This document shows positions 58,611 through 64,000 of a stretch of 64,000 nt of DNA, piece by piece. The DNA comes from Candidatus Multivorans sp. (GTDB lineage: Bacteria; Acidobacteriota; Thermoanaerobaculia; Multivoradales; Multivoraceae): contig OZ245033.1 in NCBI GenBank assembly GCA_965224025.1, positions 2,048,001-2,112,000 of the forward strand, read 5' to 3'. The translations under genes and the position numbers were made by a program. Under the pieces are notes generated by a model that had not been told where the DNA came from, did no database searches, and saw only the letters and a list, made by a program, of their open reading frames with translations. Numbering within the stretch: the first letter of the stretch is position 1; the number at the start of each line of letters is the position of its first letter.

Positions 58611-60620
58611 CTACATCCGCTCGGGCAGGGGTACGCCGAGAATCGCGGCGAGCGCCTCAAGCGCTCGCACGAAGATCTGCGTGGCCGCGAGACGCGCGTC
58701 GCGGAGATCGGCCTCCCGCTCGTGCAGGATGGGATGGCGGTGGTAGATGGCGTGGAACTTCTGCGCCAGCTCGACCGCGTGCCTGGCGATCAGGGACAGC
58801 TCCAGCGTGGCGGCGGCGCGCTCGACGGTGTCCTGGCACTGCGAGGCGAGCAGCACCAGGTCCCAGAGGTCGTCGGGCCAGGCCTCGACAGGGAGGTCCG
58901 CGGCTCGTGCTTCGCCGACTGCCTGGGGCAGGCCCTCCTCCGCCAGACGCCGCCGGATGTTCCTGGCGCGCACGATGGAGTACTGCAGGTACGGTCCGGT
59001 CTCGCCCTCGAAGGCCGTGGCTTCATCGATGTCGAAGGCGATCACCCGCGTCGTCGTCGCCCGTGCCATGAAGAAGCGCAGCGCCGCCGTCGCGATCTGG
59101 CGGGCCAGGAGTCCGTCGTCCCGGTCGTCCGTGCCCGCGGTGTCGCCGTCGCCGCGACGGGCGGCGATTTCGGCCCGGCTCTTCGCCTCGAGCTGGTCGA
59201 GCAGGTCGTCCGCCTTGACGCCGATGCCCTTGCGGCCCGACATCTCCAGCACGGCGTCGCCGCTGAAGCCGAGCTGTTCGGCGGTCCGGGCGGACAGGGC
59301 GACCATCTCGTAGGCAAAGTGGATGCTCTCGGCGGCTTCGCGGGCGTGGCCGAGGGCTTCCAGACCGGCGCGGACGATCCGCTGCAGGTACGCCTGGCGG
59401 GCGTCGATCACGTTGATGACCCGGGCGGCCCTGCCGAACGCGGGCGCCTGCTCCGGGCCGCGCCCGGCGCTGGCCGGCGCGGTTTTCCACAGGGGGCCTT
59501 CGCGGCCGGTTCCATCCCCGCGAGTTCCATCCCCGAGAGTTCCATCCCGGCGACCCCTACGAGTTCCATCCCGGAAGAGCTCGTACTCGAAGTCGCGGCC
59601 GAGCAGACCGAACTTCCAGAGCTGATAGGCGATGTCCTTGCCGACGTAGGTCACGGTGCCGTCGGACCGCACGATCACCTTGTCCGGGTCCTCCAGCCCC
59701 TGGAACTCCTGGCTGTCCGAGAGCGGCATGACCCAGCAGCCGGCGTTCTTTCCGGTCTCCTCGAAGCGCACCGCGCCGCTTTGCTTGAGTTGCTTGAAGG
59801 CGGCGACGAAGAAGTCCAGGCGCAGGATCTCGCTTTCCCGCGTCAGGAGGTCGTAATCGATGTCGATGCGACCCATCGTGGCCAGGTGGCGCTTCACGAT
59901 CCGTCGCGCGACCAGGCGGCCGGCGTCCGCCCGCCGGCCCCGGCCCGATTCCAGGGCGTGGAGGGTGCGGCGCCGGAGCTCGAGCCGTTCGGGATTGGTC
60001 TCGAACCAGCGGCCGATCTCGCTGTAGACGTCCCAGCAGGTGTAGTCGAAGGGCTCGGGAAGGGCCTCGATGTCGGCCACGGAGCAGCCCTGGAGATCGA
60101 GGAAGCCGACCACGACATCGGCGACCTGAACTCCGGTATCGTCGATGTAGTTCTGGACTTCGGTGGTGCGCCCGAGGCCGCGGAGCGCTCGCGCCAGGAC
60201 ATCGCCGAGGACGGCGTTGCGCAGGTGGCCTATGTGCGCCGCCTTGTTCGGATTGATGTTCGTGTGCTCGACGATGACCTTGGCGGGCTGATCGGCAGCG
60301 GTGGATGGCGCCACCGGAACCGCGTCGAGCATCGCCGCGGCGAATCCGGTCCTGTCGAGGTGGAAGTTGACGTAGCCCGGGCCTTCGACGGTGATCCGGT
60401 CGAATCCCGGCGGCAGCTCCATTGCCTCGACAAGCCGCTCCGCGATCGCTCGCGGCGCCTGACGGAGTTTGCGCGCGAGGTGAAGGGCGCAGGGGCTCGC
60501 GAGGTCGCCCAGGCGCCGCTGGGGCGGCACTTCGACAGTGGGGTCGTGATCGAGCCCGAAGACGCGAAAGAGGGCGCTTCGCAGCGTGTCGGCGACCAGG
60601 GTTCTCTTGCGCTGCAGCAT
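58611..60620 (-). CDS. argS: Arginine--tRNA ligase
   Basis: GPGYVNF, EHTNINPNKAAHIGHLRN (HIGH), MSGRKG, GETGPYLQY, C-terminal PLPERM. Confidence 0.96.
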   Translation of the reverse strand: MLQRKRTLVADTLRSALFRVFGLDHDPTVEVPPQRRLGDLASPCALHLARKLRQAPRAIAERLVEAMELPPGFDRITVEGPGYVNFHLDRTGFAAAMLDAVPVAPSTAADQPAKVIVEHTNINPNKAAHIGHLRNAVLGDVLARALRGLGRTTEVQNYIDDTGVQVADVVVGFLDLQGCSVADIEALPEPFDYTCWDVYSEIGRWFETNPERLELRRRTLHALESGRGRRADAGRLVARRIVKRHLATMGRIDIDYDLLTRESEILRLDFFVAAFKQLKQSGAVRFEETGKNAGCWVMPLSDSQEFQGLEDPDKVIVRSDGTVTYVGKDIAYQLWKFGLLGRDFEYELFRDGTRRGRRDGTLGDGTRGDGTGREGPLWKTAPASAGRGPEQAPAFGRAARVINVIDARQAYLQRIVRAGLEALGHAREAAESIHFAYEMVALSARTAEQLGFSGDAVLEMSGRKGIGVKADDLLDQLEAKSRAEIAARRGDGDTAGTDDRDDGLLARQIATAALRFFMARATTTRVIAFDIDEATAFEGETGPYLQYSIVRARNIRRRLAEEGLPQAVGEARAADLPVEAWPDDLWDLVLLASQCQDTVERAAATLELSLIARHAVELAQKFHAIYHRHPILHEREADLRDARLAATQIFVRALEALAAILGVPLPERM
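59509..59574. repeat. In-frame ~15-bp tandem repeats inside argS
   Basis: GTTCCATCCC(C/G) cores at 59509, 59524, 59539 and 59563; they encode DGT-containing repeats. Confidence 0.85.
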
Positions 60621-60729
60621 CGGAATGCGCAGTCTAGGAGTGTCCGCAGCGTTGTCGCTGCGCTGTCGCGCAGGGAACAGGCAGCGAGTAGCCAACGTTA
60701 CAGCGGCGTCGTGGGTTCATAGAGTTGGC

Positions 60730-60885
60730 CGCGCTGGGCAGCGAGGCCGCGCAGGCACTGGTGTGTTGGCGCCCGACTAGGAGTTTGGCCCGGACCGTGA
60801 TCGGCGCTCTGACGCTGGCGGCGCGGCTTGTGTCGCGACCCCGTATGCAAGATTGAGCTTTTCGCCGCGGTCTCTGCCCAGCGCG
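60730..60885 (+). ncRNA. Candidate IS110 bridge-like RNA in the upstream non-coding end
   Basis: A 12-bp stem CGCGCTGGGCAG/CTGCCCAGCGCG closes a region with inner hairpins. TAGAGT -10-like hexamer at 60720. Directly upstream of the IS110 gene. Confidence 0.5.
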
Positions 60886-60918
60886 ACGATTGGATTCTAC
60901 ATCTACGGGAGGCAGGGG

Positions 60919-62238
60919 ATGGCAAAGCGGAAGGCGGAGCGTCTGGAAGTCGTTCACCCGGATTGCGCCGGTGTGGACGTAGGCAAGCGCAAGCACTACG
61001 TGGCGGTGGCCCCGTCGCGTTTCGAGCGGCCGGTGCGCAATTTCTCGTCGTTCACGGAGGACCTCGAGGCGATGGCCTCGTGGCTTCAGGAGTGCGGCGT
61101 GCGTGAGGTGGCGCTGGAGTCGACGGGGGTGTACTGGATTCCGGTGTTCGAGGTGCTGGACCGGGCGGGGTTCGAGGTGCATCTGGTGAATCCTCGGGCG
61201 ACCAAGCAGGTGAGTGGCCGCAAGAGTGACGTTCTGGACTGCCAGTGGATCCGGCAGTTGATGAGCTACGGGCTCCTGCGCGGTGCGTTTCGCGCGCCGG
61301 ACGAGTTGTGTCCGCTGCGTTCGTACACGCGGCAGCGCGCCCAGTTGGTCCGCGACCGCAGCCGCGCGGTGCAGCACATCCAGAAGGCTCTGGTGCAGAT
61401 GAACGTGCAGTTGGACAACGTGCTGAGCGACATCATGGGCAAGACCGGCCAGTTGATCGTGCGCGCGATCGTCGCCGGCGAGCGCGACGGCGCGGCGCTG
61501 GCCCGTCACCGGGACGGTCGCTGCAAGGCTGGTCCGGCTGTGATCGCGGCGAGTTTGCAAGGCAACTGGCGAGACGAGCACCTGTTCGCTCTGGGCCAGG
61601 CGCTGGCCCGCTACGACATGCTGCAAGGCCAGATCGAGATGTGCGAGAAGCGCATCGACGCCGAGCTCGACGGCCTGGCCCAAGACGGCGTCGAGGACGC
61701 GCCGCCGCCCGGTTCGAAGGCGCGCGAGCGCGCCCTGCGGAAGCGGCTGCATCGCATGCTCGGCGTGGACCTGGTCGCCATTCCGACGGTCGGCGTCGAA
61801 ACCGCGCTGACCTTCGCCGCTGAGATCGGCCCGGACCTGTCCCGGTTTCCCTCGCAGGGCAACTTCTGCTCGTGGCTGTGTCTGGCTCCACCGACCAACA
61901 TCAGCGGCGACAAACGGCTGAACGGCCCTCCCGTGAAGCAGACCAACCGGGTCGGCCAGGCGCTGCGCCAAGCCGCCACCACAGCCCGCAACAGCAAGAC
62001 CGCCATCGGAGCCTCTCACCGCCGGCGTCTCCAGCACATGGAGAAGGCGAAGGCCATCAAGGCCACCGCTCATCAACTCGGCCGACTGATCTACGCCATG
62101 CTGACCCACGGCGAAGAGTACGTCGAGCGCGACCTCGCCGAAATGGAGGCCGTCCGACGCGAACGACAAATCAGAAACCTGCAGCGTCAGGCCCGCCGCC
62201 TGAATCTGGCTCTCGTGCCGACCGAACATGCCGCCTGA
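60919..62238 (+). mobile_element. IS110-family transposase (DEDD recombinase)
   Basis: AGVDVGK (D), ALESTGVYW (E), KSDVLDC (D..D), IPTVG..AEIG..RF and ISG (C-terminal catalytic Ser motif). Element ends not resolved. Confidence 0.95.
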
Positions 62239-62516
62239 ATCGCGCAACCTGCGCTGCCAACAAGGAACCCCTACCCGTTTGTTCCATGCAAGCTTGCGCC
62301 GCAGGAACGCAACGAAGTGATTCCTGAGGCGCAAGATCCTGGTGAGGACGGGATGGGGCGAAATCCCCAGCCTGCGAGGCGTTTCGGGGCGGTACCCAAG
62401 CGGGGCTTGAGCTCCGGTAGCATGTTCGCCGATTCAGGGAGCGCCGTGAACGAGAACCGCCATAGCCCCGTCCGTCCGGCCCGACTCCCGCCGGAACTCA
62501 GTACCGGGTTGGCGCC

Positions 62517-64000
62517 ATGACGAGTCGCGAGCGGCCGCTGCCGCCGACCGCGCCGGAGTCGCTGATGGCTCGCCGCGTACTAGTGCTGGCGCCCCACTAC
62601 GACGACGAAGTGCTGGGCTGCGGCGGCCTTATCCTGCAGCTGGCCGCGGGCGGCGCAAAGGTCGTGTGTGCCTTCATGAGCGACGGTTCGGGCGGCGTGG
62701 AAGGACCGACGGAGGGGTCGACGAGAGAGCAGTACTCGAAGCGGCGAAGGGGGGAAGCAGATGAGGCCGCCAAAGTACTCGGCATCGACAGCGTGGGGCA
62801 TCTGGGCTCGCGCCACGGTTTGATAGATGGCGCCCTGACCTCCTCCCTGGACCAACTGACCAGCCACATTGAGGCGTTGCTCCAGGAACACGAGCCGGAT
62901 CTGCTGCTGGCGCCCTCGCCTCTCGAAGTGACCCCCGATCATCAGGCGACGTTTCGCGCGCTGCACGAGGTTCTGATCAACCGCCGGCAAGGACGAACGG
63001 AAGGGGGCGAACCTCTTTCCAGCCAGGACGACGACTCGTCGCCCGGCGATCTGGCGCTGCGTGTTCTCTGCTACGAGGTGAACCACCCCTTCTACCCCGA
63101 CCTGCTCGTGGACGTGACGGCCGAGGTGGAGGGAGTCGCCGACGCGATGTCCCACTATCGAAGCCAATTGGAACGCCACGACTATCTCGCCGCGTGTCAA
63201 GGTCTCCGCCGCTTCAGGGCGCTCAGCCTGCCGGACCCATGCCGTTTCGCGGAGGGTTACTGCCAGTTGACTGCCAGCGACTTCACCACCCGAAGTCCGG
63301 CCCAACTGATCGCCTACCTGGGCGGGGCGCCTGCCCTGGTCGAAGTCACGTCGCCGCGCCGGGTGTCGATGGTGGTCCGAACCTACAACCGGCCGCGCCG
63401 ATTGGCGGAAGCACTGGACAGTCTGGCGCAGAGCACCTACCGCAACGTCGAGGTGGTTTTGGTGAACGACGGCGGCCGGCGCCCCGAAGTGGCGGAGGAC
63501 TTCCCCTTCGCGCTGCGTCGTGTCGACTTTGCGGCCAATCGAGGTCGTGCGGCCGCGGCCCAGGCGGGTGTCGAGGCGGCGACGGGCGATTGCGTCGGTT
63601 TCCTGGACGACGATGACCTGCTGACGCCGGAACACTTGGAGAGTCTGACCGCGATGCTCAGCGGGGATGTCGACGTCGCCTACAGCGATGCGGCCGTAGT
63701 CTGCTACGAACCGAGTGCGAGCGGTTGGAGGGAGAGCAGTCGCCGCCTTCCCTACAGCCGGGACTTCGATCGGGACATCCTTCTACTCGACAACTACATT
63801 CCGTTCCATACCGTTCTGATGACCCGGGAGGCACTGAAGCGGGCGGGATCGTTCGATCTTCAGCTACCGATCTTCGAGGACTGGGACCTGCTGATCCGCT
63901 TGTCGCGCTCATCGAGCTTCGTCCACCTCGCCCGCACGACATGCGAGTACCGTCACTTCCTGGACGGTGCGGCGGCCGGCGCCTCTGGAGGTCATGCACT
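62517..64000 (+). CDS. PIG-L family deacetylase fused to GT2 glycosyltransferase (runs off window end)
   Basis: Manual translation gives VLVLAPHYDDEVLGCGG and PDH, then SMVVRTYNR..VLVNDGG, FLDDDD and EDWD. Confidence 0.88.
   Translation, partial: MTSRERPLPPTAPESLMARRVLVLAPHYDDEVLGCGGLILQLAAGGAKVVCAFMSDGSGGVEGPTEGSTREQYSKRRRGEADEAAKVLGIDSVGHLGSRHGLIDGALTSSLDQLTSHIEALLQEHEPDLLLAPSPLEVTPDHQATFRALHEVLINRRQGRTEGGEPLSSQDDDSSPGDLALRVLCYEVNHPFYPDLLVDVTAEVEGVADAMSHYRSQLERHDYLAACQGLRRFRALSLPDPCRFAEGYCQLTASDFTTRSPAQLIAYLGGAPALVEVTSPRRVSMVVRTYNRPRRLAEALDSLAQSTYRNVEVVLVNDGGRRPEVAEDFPFALRRVDFAANRGRAAAAQAGVEAATGDCVGFLDDDDLLTPEHLESLTAMLSGDVDVAYSDAAVVCYEPSASGWRESSRRLPYSRDFDRDILLLDNYIPFHTVLMTREALKRAGSFDLQLPIFEDWDLLIRLSRSSSFVHLARTTCEYRHFLDGAAAGASGGHA

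Noticed and set aside
62239-62340. Terminal inverted repeats or TSD for the IS110; short matches such as GCAAGAT (60847 and 62331)
   Set aside because: No convincing IR/TSD was found (as expected for IS110), and the 7-mers are too short to fix the boundaries.

Overview
High-GC bacterial window. The gene set (CRTAC1/ASPIC-UnbV, TPR-sulfatase, Oar-like TonB receptor, murC-ftsQ-ftsA-ftsZ order) suggests an Acidobacteriota-like organism; this is inference only. The left half (1-35.6 kb) is accessory and catabolic. It carries sulfatase-family genes, two aldo-keto reductases, a ThuA/pentaheme-PA14/propeller operon, a TPR-CRTAC1-sulfatase-TonB module, a TRAP/SDR/proline-racemase/M28 cluster, SSS, ABC and MFS transporters and several broken genes, and it ends at an initiator tRNA-Met. 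The right half is core genome (ftsB, mfd, two PPIases, dcw cluster mraZ-ftsZ, argS), followed by an IS110 transposase and a PIG-L/GT2 fusion gene. The most notable unexplained signals are: a ~175-180 bp two-copy element whose terminal inverted repeats co-vary; a REP-like three-hairpin unit, one copy of which lies inside an ORF N-terminus; a structured non-coding segment upstream of the IS110 recombinase (candidate bridge RNA); an exact 29-bp duplication of the ftsZ 3' end; a DUF885-like/TPR chimeric gene; and a decayed ERG24-like sterol reductase. All family calls are from motif recognition by eye, not database searches.
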